This document shows positions 20,044-29,444 of a stretch of DNA of 64,000 bases, piece after piece (positions within the stretch are counted from its first letter, which is position 1; each line of letters begins with the position of its first letter). Position numbers and translations under genes: made by a program. Location: NCBI GenBank assembly GCA_965199715.1, contig OZ241322.1, positions 1,056,001 through 1,120,000 of the forward strand, given 5' to 3'. This DNA is from Vicinamibacteria bacterium (lineage in GTDB: Bacteria > Acidobacteriota > Vicinamibacteria > Marinacidobacterales > Marinacidobacteraceae). Below the pieces are notes generated by a model. The model was not told the DNA's origin, did not search any database, and saw nothing but the letters and a program-made list of their open reading frames with translations.

Positions 20044-21600
20044 TCAAGCCCCGGCGGTCGGCATCGGGCGGTCGCGGTCGTGGTCCACGACGCACAGGAA
20101 CCCGAACGGCGCCCCGCTCTCGTTGCGCAACTGGTGCGACTCCAGCGGGCCGACGCAGGCGACGTCCCACGGGCGCAACGGCAGCCTTCGCTCCCCGAGC
20201 GCCAGCACGCCCTCGCCCCGGGCGCCGATGACGATGTGGGTGTGGACGTGCCGCTCGAGGCTCGTGTGGCCGCCCGGCTCCACCTCGAAGTACCGCAGGT
20301 CGCAGCGGGTGCGCTCGCCGAACTTGCCCACGAGCTCCACCCGCCGCACGCCCCGGAAGGCGAGGTCGGTCGCGTCCTTGTAGGGCGAGGACTGGCGCCC
20401 GGCCCAATTCCAGTCGCCGAACGCGAGCCGGCGCGGGCCGTCGGAGCCGTCGCTGGACGGCCGCTCGGGTGGGATCGCCACCTCGACGAAGGCTTCCCGC
20501 AGCCGGTCCATGGCCATCCGGGTCGCGTCCTCGACGCCCGCCGGATGCGCGAGCAGCGAACCGCCGATCAGCACCGCCGCGTCGGGGCCGTACCGGGCGG
20601 CGACTTCTGCGACGTCGTCCACCGAGATCCCGCCCGCAGGCGCCGGAAACGCCGGCGCCAGGCCGCCGAGCGGCTCCTGGAGCCGCTCGGTGATCGCGCG
20701 GCACGCTTCTTCGGGGTAGCCGAAACGGCCGCCGAGGTCGGGGAAGATCGAGACGTCCGCGCCAGCGAGGCGGAACAGCGTCCCGAGCAGGACGCCCGGG
20801 GCGACGCCCTGCGAGCCGCCGTGGGTGTAGGCGCCGGTGAGCGAGGGGTGCGCCATGAAGATGAGCGGCCAGTTCGCGGACAGCGTCCGCAGCGCGTCGA
20901 GGCCGACGATGAGCGGACAGACGAGCGCCCCCGCGACACCGGCGGCGGCGAGGAACTCGACCCGTCGCTCCAGTTCGTCGGACGGACCGCCGACGTGCGG
21001 CAGGTAGAGGCACTCGCGGCCGGACGCCTGGTTCGCCCGATCCACGGCGGCGGCGCACGCGAGCACCCGCTCCCGGAAGACCTCGAACGAATCGACGAGG
21101 TTCTGGTCGTCCTTGACCAGATCGCCCCCGCCCCGGGCGAAGCTCCCCGCGATCGCCGCCAGATGCTCATGGCTCGATCCACGGGGCTTCAGCGCCGTCG
21201 CGAGCAGCGGCCGCCCGAGGACGCCGCGCCGCCGGCGCACTCCGGCGATCCCGTGCGACGGTCCCGGCAGCGACGCGACGAGCGCCGCCGGCGGGATCAG
21301 ATCCACGAGGCGCACCCCCGGCACCATCGACACGTTCCCGTACGCCACGCTCTGGAGCGCGAACAGGTCCTGCGCCAGCTCCGGCGCGTAGGTCACGGCG
21401 GCGAGACACGCGCCGTCGGCCTTCTCGACCGACTCCACCGCGCCGACGAGCCGCTCCCGGATCGCCGGCCAAATGATCGCCTCGGGAACCTCGACGGTCT
21501 GCTCCACGGCCAGCGCCCGGGCCAGCTCCTCGGCTTCGGCGAGCGGTCGTTCCAACCGATAGACCGCCCGGAGGCGCTCGCCGGGCGCGGGTCTCGTCAT
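20044..21600 (-). CDS. RuBisCO-like protein (form IV, R. rubrum type) fused to a C-terminal cupin (MTXu-5P methylsulfurylase-like)
   Basis: AVEQTVE, ALKP.G, KDDQNL, AHP, FRLAGAD..IFP..GGRFGY, PAGG and LIGG in the RLP domain. LRYFEVEPGGHTSLERH.H.H, HQLRN and FGFLC.V...RDRP in the cupin. Confidence 0.88.
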   Translation of the reverse strand: MTRPAPGERLRAVYRLERPLAEAEELARALAVEQTVEVPEAIIWPAIRERLVGAVESVEKADGACLAAVTYAPELAQDLFALQSVAYGNVSMVPGVRLVDLIPPAALVASLPGPSHGIAGVRRRRGVLGRPLLATALKPRGSSHEHLAAIAGSFARGGGDLVKDDQNLVDSFEVFRERVLACAAAVDRANQASGRECLYLPHVGGPSDELERRVEFLAAAGVAGALVCPLIVGLDALRTLSANWPLIFMAHPSLTGAYTHGGSQGVAPGVLLGTLFRLAGADVSIFPDLGGRFGYPEEACRAITERLQEPLGGLAPAFPAPAGGISVDDVAEVAARYGPDAAVLIGGSLLAHPAGVEDATRMAMDRLREAFVEVAIPPERPSSDGSDGPRRLAFGDWNWAGRQSSPYKDATDLAFRGVRRVELVGKFGERTRCDLRYFEVEPGGHTSLERHVHTHIVIGARGEGVLALGERRLPLRPWDVACVGPLESHQLRNESGAPFGFLCVVDHDRDRPMPTAGA

Positions 21601-23246
21601 GCGCCGGGTTTCTCCCAGAGCACGCGCCCGCCCACGATCGTCATCTCGACCTCCATGTCGAGGAGCGCTTCCGGGGGAACGAGCCGCGGATCCTCAGGAA
21701 GCACCGCGACGTCCGCGAGCATCCCCGGCGCGAGCGTCCCCTTCACGGCTTCCTCCCGGGTGATCCGGGCCCCGTTCGCGGTGTAGGCGACCAGCGCGTC
21801 CTCCACCCCGATGGCCTCGTCCGGACCGTACGCCGCGCCGGACATGCCGCGGCGCGCGGTCGCGGCGTAGAGCCCGACCATCGGGCCGATCGGCAGGATG
21901 TCGCTCGACAGCGCGACGCGGACGCCCCGGTCCGTCAGCGAACGAACCGGGTTGTTCCGTTCGAGGCGGTCGCCGTCGAGGTGTTCGCGGTAGCGGCCCT
22001 CCAACGTGTAGGTGAAGTTGGGCTGCTGGATGACCGCGATCCCGAGCTCCGCCATGAGGTCCATGGTCGCGTCGGACGGGGGCACGGTGAAGTGGTTGAG
22101 CGCGTGCCGATGGTCCTCGCGCGGCGTCTCCCGCAGCGCGTCGGCGAACGCGGAGACGGCGAGCTCGATCGCGGCGTCGCCGATGGCGTGGAAGGCGAAC
22201 TGCCAGCCCATCCGGTGGGCCTCGTCCACGATCGCGCGGAACTCGGCTTCGGGACGCACGAGGCGTCCGCGGTATTCGGCCTCGCCCCGGTAGGGCTCGC
22301 GGGTCCACGCCGCCGGCCCGGTGAAGCCGCCGTCCACGAACGCCTTCAGCGGACCGACCCGGAGCCGATCGTCCCCGTCCCCGCTGAGCCGCCCGAAGGC
22401 GCGCATGGCCTCCGCTCCGGCCCAGCGGATCTGGACGGCGGCGCGCGGCAGCTCCTCGCCGCGCTCGCGATAGACCGACTCCCACTCGGCGAAGCCTTCG
22501 GGGCCGACTCCGGCGTGGACGATGCTCGTGATCCCGAGCGGCAGGAGGTCCCGAAGCGCCTCGACGAAGCTCTCGCGCCGCTCTCCGGGCGTCGGGTCGG
22601 GCACGAGCCGCGAAACGAGGTCCTGGCGCTCGCGGATGATCCCGTTGAGGCGTCCCCCGGCGTCCCGCTCGATGACCCCGCCGTCCGGCTGCGGCGTCGT
22701 CTCGTCCACCCCGGCGAGCGCGAGCGCGAGGCTCGAGGCCACGGCGCTGTGTCCCCCGGCGCGGGTCAGAAGGACCGGATTCTCCGGGGCCGCCGCGTCC
22801 AGATCGGCTCGCAGGGGCCGGCGACGCTCGACGACCTCGTCCTCGGACCACCCGTAGCCGGTGATCCACTCGCCGGGGCCCAGCTCGTCGGCCCTCGCCG
22901 CCACGAGCCGCCGGATCTCCTCGATGGAGGCGACGCCGCCGAGCGGCACGTGCCGGCGGGCGCGCCCCCGGACGTGGATGTGGGCGTCGTTGAAGCCGGG
23001 GATCGCGATCCGCCCGGCCAGATCCACCTCCCGCGCCGCCCGGTACCGGTCCCGCAGCCCCTGGCCGACGGCCAGCACGCGGCCGTCCCGGATCGCGAGG
23101 TCGGTTCCGGTGGAGCGGGCCTCGTCCAGAACGAGAACCGTCCCCGAATGGAGGAGGAGATCCGCGGGCTCCGGGGCGGCGCACTGCGCGCTGAACAGGA
23201 GCGCGAGCGGAAGAACGCGCCGGCGCAGCACAATACCGGCGATCAT
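21597..23246 (-). CDS. Amidohydrolase 3 (YtcJ-like) family protein
   Basis: PGFNDAHIH, HAIGDAA and GTLAPGMLADVAVL motifs. ATGA overlap with the RLP gene. Confidence 0.88.
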   Translation of the reverse strand: MIAGIVLRRRVLPLALLFSAQCAAPEPADLLLHSGTVLVLDEARSTGTDLAIRDGRVLAVGQGLRDRYRAAREVDLAGRIAIPGFNDAHIHVRGRARRHVPLGGVASIEEIRRLVAARADELGPGEWITGYGWSEDEVVERRRPLRADLDAAAPENPVLLTRAGGHSAVASSLALALAGVDETTPQPDGGVIERDAGGRLNGIIRERQDLVSRLVPDPTPGERRESFVEALRDLLPLGITSIVHAGVGPEGFAEWESVYRERGEELPRAAVQIRWAGAEAMRAFGRLSGDGDDRLRVGPLKAFVDGGFTGPAAWTREPYRGEAEYRGRLVRPEAEFRAIVDEAHRMGWQFAFHAIGDAAIELAVSAFADALRETPREDHRHALNHFTVPPSDATMDLMAELGIAVIQQPNFTYTLEGRYREHLDGDRLERNNPVRSLTDRGVRVALSSDILPIGPMVGLYAATARRGMSGAAYGPDEAIGVEDALVAYTANGARITREEAVKGTLAPGMLADVAVLPEDPRLVPPEALLDMEVEMTIVGGRVLWEKPGA

Positions 23247-23278
23247 GCCACGGCCCCGCCGTGGAAGGAGGAACTCAC

Positions 23279-25597
23279 GTGCGCATCGCAGCCAGTCTCC
23301 TGACGCTCGTCGGCCTCGCGCTGCCCGCCTCCGCTTCGGAGGTCGTCGGGGCGATCGAGGCTCCGGACGGGAGCGCGGTGGCCGGCGCGAGCGTTCTGGT
23401 CACGCTCGCGGGCGGCGAAACCCGCGAGACGGTCAGCGACGGCTCCGGGTCCTTCCGGTTCGACTCGCTCCCGGTGGGCGAGCACCGGCTGACGGTGCTC
23501 CGGGAGGGGTTCGGGAGCCGCACCGTGGCGATTCGGGTCGAGGCCGGCGGCCAGGTCCGCATCAGCATCCCGCTCGCGCTCGCGTACTCCGAGACCGTCT
23601 CGGTCACCGGGCAGAACCTCGAGCGCGACCGCTTCGAGGAGGGCGCGAGCGTGGCCGTGGTCGATGGAGCGCGACTCGAGGCCGGCACGGACACCGACCT
23701 CTACGACCTGGTCGCCATGACGCCCAACGTGAACGCGCCGACGGACCGCAGCGGTTTCTCGATCCGGGGGATTCCGCAGGGCGGCTTCGGCGGCGGCAGC
23801 GGCCTCCTGGTGAGCGTCCGGGTGGACGGCGCCCCGGTGGAGGGCTACCAGGCGACGTCCTTCGGCCCGTTCGCCACGTGGGATCTGGACCGGGTCGAGG
23901 TCTTCCGGGGTCCGCAGTCCACCCAGCAGGGCCGCAACTCGCTCGCCGGCGCCATCGTGATGCGCAGCGCGGACCCGACCTTCCGCACCGAGGCGCGGGC
24001 GCGCGTCCGCTACGGCGACGAGACGCAGTTGGCGGCGACCGTGAACGTCCCGTTCGCCGACAAGGCCGCCTTCCGGATCTCCGCCGACGTGCGGCAGTCC
24101 GACGGGTTCGTCCACAACGAGATCATGGACGACGACGCATGGGACTTCCGGGACGCGCGGAACCTGCGGGCCAAGTTCCTCTTCCAGCCCACCGAGCGCT
24201 TCGAGGGGCTGCTCACGCTCGTGAACAACGAGAACAACGCCGGCGGCGGCGGAATCGTGACCGCGCGCTTCCCCGAGGAGCGGGTGAACCTCTCCGACCG
24301 GAAGTCGGAGGAGGGCTCGGAGCACCGGATCGCCACGATGGAGCTCGGCTACGACGGGGGCGCGGTGCGGATCGAGTCCACGACGAGCCTCTACGACCAC
24401 GACTACCACCGGAACGTGGACCTCGACCAGACCCCCGTTCCCGCCGGCGTCATCGACTACGCGACCGACGACCGCTGGTTCAGCCAGGAGGTCCGGGGAC
24501 TGTGGCGCGGGGCGCGCCATCAGGGCGTCGTCGGGCTGTATCTCGCGGATCTCGACGACTCGCTCCGGGCGGACACGAGCGGCCCCGGCGAGCTGGCGGG
24601 GCTGCCTCCCGGGTTCACGCTGACCGCGTGGTTCGAGACCGCCGAGGCGACCCGCAACACCGCGCTGTTCGGCGAGTTCGACCTGAACCTCGCCGCCGAC
24701 TGGACGGTGACGCTCGGCAGCCGCCTCGATCGCGAGTCCCGCGACATCCACAACCAACAAGGACTCACGTCGGAGCCGACGCTCCCGGGGCTTCCGGGCG
24801 CGGACCAGCCGCCGGACGACCTGAACGCCGAATACACGGCCTTCCTGCCGAAGGTCGCGGTCCGGCGCGAATGGACCGACGCGCTCTCGACCTCGGTCTC
24901 GTGGCAGCGCGGGTACCGCGCCGGCGGGCAGTCGATCACGGTCCTGAGCCGTCAGGTCAACAACTTCGACCCCGAGTTCACCGACAACTACGAGTTCTCG
25001 ATCCGGGCGCGCACCGGGGACGGGCGCGGATTCCTGAGCGCCAACGCGTTCTTCACCGACTGGAAGGACCAGCAGGTCCGGGTCCGCACCGAACTCGGGC
25101 TGCCGGTGGACACCCTGATCGTGAACGCGGGCGAGTCCTCGGTGGCCGGCGCCGAACTGGAGGCCTCGTGGTGGACGAACCGCAACCTTCAGTTCTTCGG
25201 CTCGGCCGGCCTGCTGCGCACCCGGTTCGACCAGTTCGTCAGCGGCGACTTCGACTTCTCCGGCAACGAGTTCCCGGGCGCGCCGCGCTGGTCGCTCCTC
25301 GGCGGCGTCGCGTGGCGGCCGACGGAATGGGCGTCGGCCACCGTCGAGGCGAGCTCGCAGGCCGGGACCTTCTCGACCGCGAGGAACGAAGCGGAGTTCG
25401 AGGTGGACGGGCGCACGCTGGTGAACGCCCGGTTCGGGGTCGAGCGCGAGGGCGCCGGAATCTGGCTCTACGGCCGCAACCTGCTGGACGAGGCGTACCT
25501 TCTCAACGTGTTCAGCCTCGACGTCGTGGGAGCGGGCAACCGCGGATACGCCGGGCCGCCCCGGACCGTCGGGGTCGAGCTCAGCTACCGGTACTGA
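23279..25597 (+). CDS. TonB-dependent receptor with N-terminal carboxypeptidase-regulatory-like domain
   Basis: GGAGG ribosome-binding site, signal peptide, DRVEVFRGPQST.QGRN..AG plug motif, and a PRTVGVELSYRY C-terminal beta-signal. Confidence 0.92.
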   Translation: MRIAASLLTLVGLALPASASEVVGAIEAPDGSAVAGASVLVTLAGGETRETVSDGSGSFRFDSLPVGEHRLTVLREGFGSRTVAIRVEAGGQVRISIPLALAYSETVSVTGQNLERDRFEEGASVAVVDGARLEAGTDTDLYDLVAMTPNVNAPTDRSGFSIRGIPQGGFGGGSGLLVSVRVDGAPVEGYQATSFGPFATWDLDRVEVFRGPQSTQQGRNSLAGAIVMRSADPTFRTEARARVRYGDETQLAATVNVPFADKAAFRISADVRQSDGFVHNEIMDDDAWDFRDARNLRAKFLFQPTERFEGLLTLVNNENNAGGGGIVTARFPEERVNLSDRKSEEGSEHRIATMELGYDGGAVRIESTTSLYDHDYHRNVDLDQTPVPAGVIDYATDDRWFSQEVRGLWRGARHQGVVGLYLADLDDSLRADTSGPGELAGLPPGFTLTAWFETAEATRNTALFGEFDLNLAADWTVTLGSRLDRESRDIHNQQGLTSEPTLPGLPGADQPPDDLNAEYTAFLPKVAVRREWTDALSTSVSWQRGYRAGGQSITVLSRQVNNFDPEFTDNYEFSIRARTGDGRGFLSANAFFTDWKDQQVRVRTELGLPVDTLIVNAGESSVAGAELEASWWTNRNLQFFGSAGLLRTRFDQFVSGDFDFSGNEFPGAPRWSLLGGVAWRPTEWASATVEASSQAGTFSTARNEAEFEVDGRTLVNARFGVEREGAGIWLYGRNLLDEAYLLNVFSLDVVGAGNRGYAGPPRTVGVELSYRY

Positions 25598-26646
25598 AGC
25601 GAGCGGCGGGCGCCTTCCTCGCCGAGCCGTAGCTCCACGTCGGCGGTGAGGTCGGGCGCGGCGCGCTCGCCCCGCGCGAGCGCCAGATGTCCGGCGGCCG
25701 CGATCATCGCGGCGTTGTCGGTCGAGAGCGCGACGCTCGGGACGACCACCGGCAGCCCCGCGTCCGCTCCGAGGCGGCGGAACCGCTCGCGAAGCGCCGA
25801 GTTGGCGGCGACCCCGCCGGACAGCAGGACGGCGCGCGCGCCCGAATCGGGAAGCGCCCGCACGACCGACCGGGCGAGCGTCCGCACGACCGCCGACTGG
25901 AAGGACGCGGCGAGGTCCAGCAGGTCCCGGCGGGCGAAGGGATCCCCGCCCGGCGCCAGCGGCTCGATCTCCTGCGCCTCGATGAGCCGCAGCACCTGGG
26001 TCTTGAGGCCGGAGAAGCTGAAGTCGAGCCGGGCCCCGTCCGAGAAGAACGGGAGCGAGAACGCGTGCCGGCCGGGGTCGCCGCGCTGGGCCATCCGGTC
26101 GAGGATCGGCCCGCCGGGGTAGCCGAGGCCGAGCCGCTTCGCGACCTTGTCGTAGGCCTCGCCGGCGGCGTCGTCGCGGGTCTTGCCGAGCAGCGCGTAG
26201 GCGCCCTCGGTCTCGCTCAGGAAGAGGCTCGTGTGCCCGCCGGAGACCACGAGCGCGAGCGCCGGGTGCGGGATCTCCGGTCGTTCGAGGTAGCAGGCGC
26301 GGATATGCCCTTCGATGTGATCCACCCCGACGAGCGGGACGCCGCGGGCGAAGGCGAACGCCTTGGCGAAGGAGACCCCGGTCAGGAGCGCCCCCATGAG
26401 CCCCGGCCCCCGGGTCACCGCGACCGCGTCGAGGTCGTCCGCCCCGATTCCCGCGGCCTCGAGCGCGCCGCGGACGACCGGGGTCAGGTGGAGCAGGTGC
26501 TGGCGGGAGGCGATCTCGGGCACCACGCCGCCGAAGGGAGCGTGCTCGCTCTGCGACGAGACCACGTTCGAGAGGATCCGGCGGCCGTCCTCGACCACCG
26601 CGGCCGAGGTCTCGTCGCAGGAGGTCTCGATTCCGAGGATCAGCAC
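25585..26646 (-). CDS. tsaD: tRNA N6-adenosine threonylcarbamoyltransferase
   Basis: ILGIETSCDETSAAV, HIEGH, VSGGHT, DDAAGEAYDKVAK and TDNAAMIA motifs. Confidence 0.97.
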   Translation of the reverse strand: MLILGIETSCDETSAAVVEDGRRILSNVVSSQSEHAPFGGVVPEIASRQHLLHLTPVVRGALEAAGIGADDLDAVAVTRGPGLMGALLTGVSFAKAFAFARGVPLVGVDHIEGHIRACYLERPEIPHPALALVVSGGHTSLFLSETEGAYALLGKTRDDAAGEAYDKVAKRLGLGYPGGPILDRMAQRGDPGRHAFSLPFFSDGARLDFSFSGLKTQVLRLIEAQEIEPLAPGGDPFARRDLLDLAASFQSAVVRTLARSVVRALPDSGARAVLLSGGVAANSALRERFRRLGADAGLPVVVPSVALSTDNAAMIAAAGHLALARGERAAPDLTADVELRLGEEGARRSLQYR

Positions 26647-26693
26647 GGTCGGGCCGCAGCATAGTCCGGCGGGCTGCTACGGTTTCGCCCGCG

Positions 26694-27755
26694 GTGGTGA
26701 CCCCGATGCGTTGGGACGGCGGGGAGCGGGCGCTCCATCTGCTCGACCAGCGACGCCTCCCCGCCGAGGAGACCTGGCTCGTCTGCCGGACCCCGTCCGA
26801 AGTGGCGGACGCCATCCGGAGCATGGTCGTGCGCGGGGCGCCCGCGATCGGGATCGCGGCGGCGTGGGGCGTCGCGCTCGGGTTCCGCGCCGGCGAGAAG
26901 GCCTCCCCGGAGCGGTTCGAGGCGATCGCCCGGGAGCTGTTCGCGACAAGGCCGACCGCCTACAACCTCCAGTCCGCTCTCGATCGGATGCGCGGCGCGG
27001 CGGACGTCGCCGAACTGGAGGCCCGGGCGGCGGCCATCCAGCGGGAGGATCTCGAAGCGAACCGGCGGATGGGACGGCTCGGCGCGACGCTGCTGCCGGA
27101 GCGGGCGGAGCCAGTGCGCGTCCTCACCCACTGCAACGCCGGGGCGCTCGCGACTTCGGGCTACGGCACCGCGCTCGGCGTCGTGAGGGCGCTCGCGGAC
27201 GCCGGGCGGCCGGTGGAGGTGTTCGCCCCCGAGACCCGTCCGTTCCTCCAGGGGGCGCGGTTGACCGCGTGGGAGCTTCGGCGGGACCGCATCCCGGTGA
27301 CGCTCATCACCGACGGGATGGTGGGGGCGCTGCTCCAGAGCGGCCGGGTGGACGCGGTGGTCGTCGGCGCCGACCGCATCGCGGGCAACGGCGACGCCGC
27401 GAACAAGATCGGCACCTACCAGGCGGCCGTTCTCGCAAGGGAGCACGGCGTCCCGTTCCACGTGGTCGCCCCGCGCTCGACGCTGGACCGGAGCGCGCCG
27501 GACGGCGCGTCCATCCCGATCGAGCAGCGCGAACCGACGGAGGTGACCGGGTTCGGCGGCGCCGAAGTCGCGCCGCCGGGAGTTCCGGTCTGGAATCCCG
27601 CGTTCGACGTGACTCCGGCGCGGCTGATCACCGCGATCGTCACCGAGGCCGGCGTGGCGCGGCCTCCCTTCCGGGAGTCGCTCGCCGGCCTCGGGACCGG
27701 CGCTCAGCCGTTCCAGCGAACGAAGAAGATGATGAGCGACGTGACGAAGGCGTAG
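26694..27755 (+). CDS. mtnA: S-methyl-5-thioribose-1-phosphate isomerase
   Basis: LDQRRLP, MVVRGAPAIG, THCNAGALAT, ETRPFLQGARLT.WEL and NPAFDVTP motifs. Confidence 0.95.
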   Translation: MVTPMRWDGGERALHLLDQRRLPAEETWLVCRTPSEVADAIRSMVVRGAPAIGIAAAWGVALGFRAGEKASPERFEAIARELFATRPTAYNLQSALDRMRGAADVAELEARAAAIQREDLEANRRMGRLGATLLPERAEPVRVLTHCNAGALATSGYGTALGVVRALADAGRPVEVFAPETRPFLQGARLTAWELRRDRIPVTLITDGMVGALLQSGRVDAVVVGADRIAGNGDAANKIGTYQAAVLAREHGVPFHVVAPRSTLDRSAPDGASIPIEQREPTEVTGFGGAEVAPPGVPVWNPAFDVTPARLITAIVTEAGVARPPFRESLAGLGTGAQPFQRTKKMMSDVTKA

Positions 27756-28021
27756 ATGACCAGGGACTCGATCAGCACGAGGCCGAGCAGCAGCGAGAAC
27801 CGGATCTGGGGCGCGGCGCCTGGGTTGCGAGCGAGGCTCTCGCAGGCGCCGACGACGGCGCGGCCCTGGGCGAAGGCGCCCATCGAGCCGGTGATGGCGA
27901 TCGCGCTCGCGCCGGCGATGAGGGCCCACTTGGTGACCATCGGATCCCAGGAACCCTGAGCGAACGCCGGGGAGGCGAAGACGACTCCGGCGGCGAGAAG
28001 GACGGCGGTCCGCAGCTTCAT
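27704..28021 (-). CDS. atpE: F0F1 ATP synthase subunit c
   Basis: AQG...ARNP...IESLVIY hairpin with a signal-like N-terminal extension. Confidence 0.93.
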   Translation of the reverse strand: MKLRTAVLLAAGVVFASPAFAQGSWDPMVTKWALIAGASAIAITGSMGAFAQGRAVVGACESLARNPGAAPQIRFSLLLGLVLIESLVIYAFVTSLIIFFVRWNG

Positions 28022-28074
28022 GGACACGTTGGATGTTCTCCTTGATGGACAGGTGGCGGCCGCGACGGGGCCGA

Positions 28075-28764
28075 TCAGTGCTCTTCCGCGACGACCGCGC
28101 CGCCCAGATAGATGACGGTGAGCATGGTGAAGACGAAGGCCTGGAGGAAGCTCCCGAAGACCCCGAACAGCATCATCGGGACCGGAACCACGAAGGGGGC
28201 GATCAGCATCAGCACGATCACCACGAGCTCCTCCCCGAAGATGTTGCCGAACAGCCGCACCGAGAGCGACAGCATCCGGCTCAGGTGGCTGATGATCTCG
28301 ATGGGGAGCATGATCACCGCCAGCGCGAGGCTCGGCCCGAGGAAGTGGGCGAAGTACTTGCCCGCGCCCTGCGCCCGGATCCCCTGGTAGTTGTAGTAGA
28401 GGAAGGCCACGATCGCGCAGCCGACGGGCATGTTGATGTTCACCGTCGGCGACGAGAGGAACGGCACCAGCCCGGCGAGGTTGCTGACGAGGATGAACAG
28501 GCCGATGGTTCCCACGAGCCCGAGGAACGGGCGGCCCTTCTCTCCGACGTTCTCCCTCAGGAGCGCGAGCAGCCCGCCCACCAGCAGCTCGACCACGAGC
28601 TGCAGCTTGCCCGGCTCGCGCACCGAGAGCCGCCGGCGGAACCAGAGCGAGAACCCGACCAGGCCGAGCGCGCCGACCACCGCCATCACGACGTGGTCCG
28701 GCGGATGCACGTGCGCCCACAGCTCGATGAGCTGGGAGAAGAGCGAAGGATGATGGAGTTCCAC
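28075..28764 (-). CDS. atpB: F0F1 ATP synthase subunit a
   Basis: SLSVRLFGNI with the essential Arg, and LQAFVF..L...Y. Confidence 0.95.
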   Translation of the reverse strand: MELHHPSLFSQLIELWAHVHPPDHVVMAVVGALGLVGFSLWFRRRLSVREPGKLQLVVELLVGGLLALLRENVGEKGRPFLGLVGTIGLFILVSNLAGLVPFLSSPTVNINMPVGCAIVAFLYYNYQGIRAQGAGKYFAHFLGPSLALAVIMLPIEIISHLSRMLSLSVRLFGNIFGEELVVIVLMLIAPFVVPVPMMLFGVFGSFLQAFVFTMLTVIYLGGAVVAEEH

Positions 28765-28800
28765 GGCGGAAGGGGTGAGCGGGAGGGGAACCGGACGCGG

Positions 28801-29226
28801 TCAGGCGCGGTCGGCTTCGGACTCCGGTTTCGCGGCGGTCTCGCGTTCCTGGCCGGAACCCCGGGAGAGGTTGCGGCCCTCGCCGAACAGCTCCAGAACC
28901 ACGGCGCCGAGCGGCGCCCCCAAGCCGGCGATCACGCCGAGAACGCTCGCCTCCCAGACCGCAATTATTACGAACAGCAGCGCCCCTAGCAAGGCGTAGC
29001 GAAGCCCGGTGAGCGCCGCGGCGATCAGCGCCGCCCGGCCTCCGGCGAGACCCGCGGCGCCCTCGGCGATGGTCTTCAGGACGCGCAGGTTCGCGACCGA
29101 GATCATCGCGCCGGCGAACGCCGACAGCGCCTCCCGGGGGCCGAACAGGAGCGCGAGGAACGAGGCGGCGAGGCCGATCAGGAGGCCGCGCCGGACGAGG
29201 CGCGACTCGCGGACCCCGGAGCTCAT
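28801..29226 (-). CDS. atpI: ATP synthase subunit I-like membrane protein
   Basis: About four TM helices with N and RY motifs, directly upstream of atpB. Confidence 0.75.
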   Translation of the reverse strand: MSSGVRESRLVRRGLLIGLAASFLALLFGPREALSAFAGAMISVANLRVLKTIAEGAAGLAGGRAALIAAALTGLRYALLGALLFVIIAVWEASVLGVIAGLGAPLGAVVLELFGEGRNLSRGSGQERETAAKPESEADRA

Positions 29227-29444
29227 TCGTCCTCAGTCGCGGCGGCGACGGCGCGGAACAGGTTCCGGAAGCCCGCGGCGATCCCGGCGATCAGGCCGAG
29301 CGCCGCGAGCCACGGCGCCGTGCCCAGCCAGCGGTCGAGAAGCCAGCCGCCGCCGGCCCCGAGCGCGATCGCGATGGGAAGGCCGAACCCGAGGGCGAGC
29401 AGGTTCAGCAGGCGGGCGTTCGGCGGAGCCGTGGAGTCAGTCGT
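29223..29444 (-). CDS. AtpZ/AtpI family small membrane protein (not in the ORF track; no ATG/GTG/TTG start)
   Basis: Translates as ...RLLNLLALGFGLPIAIALGAGGGWLLDRWLGTAPWLAALGLIAGIAAGFRNLFRAVAAATEDE*, with the G..LD..LGT.PW...G...G...F motif. Its stop overlaps the atpI ATG. Confidence 0.8.
   Translation of the reverse strand, partial: TTDSTAPPNARLLNLLALGFGLPIAIALGAGGGWLLDRWLGTAPWLAALGLIAGIAAGFRNLFRAVAAATEDE

Noticed and set aside
20044-21600. Bona fide CO2-fixing RuBisCO
   Set aside because: It has KDDQ rather than KDDE, a short domain, and no small subunit or phosphoribulokinase nearby. It is a form IV RLP.
27704-27755. 52-bp convergent overlap of mtnA and atpE
   Set aside because: It is likely simple stop-codon drift. 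Short convergent overlaps recur throughout this compact window.
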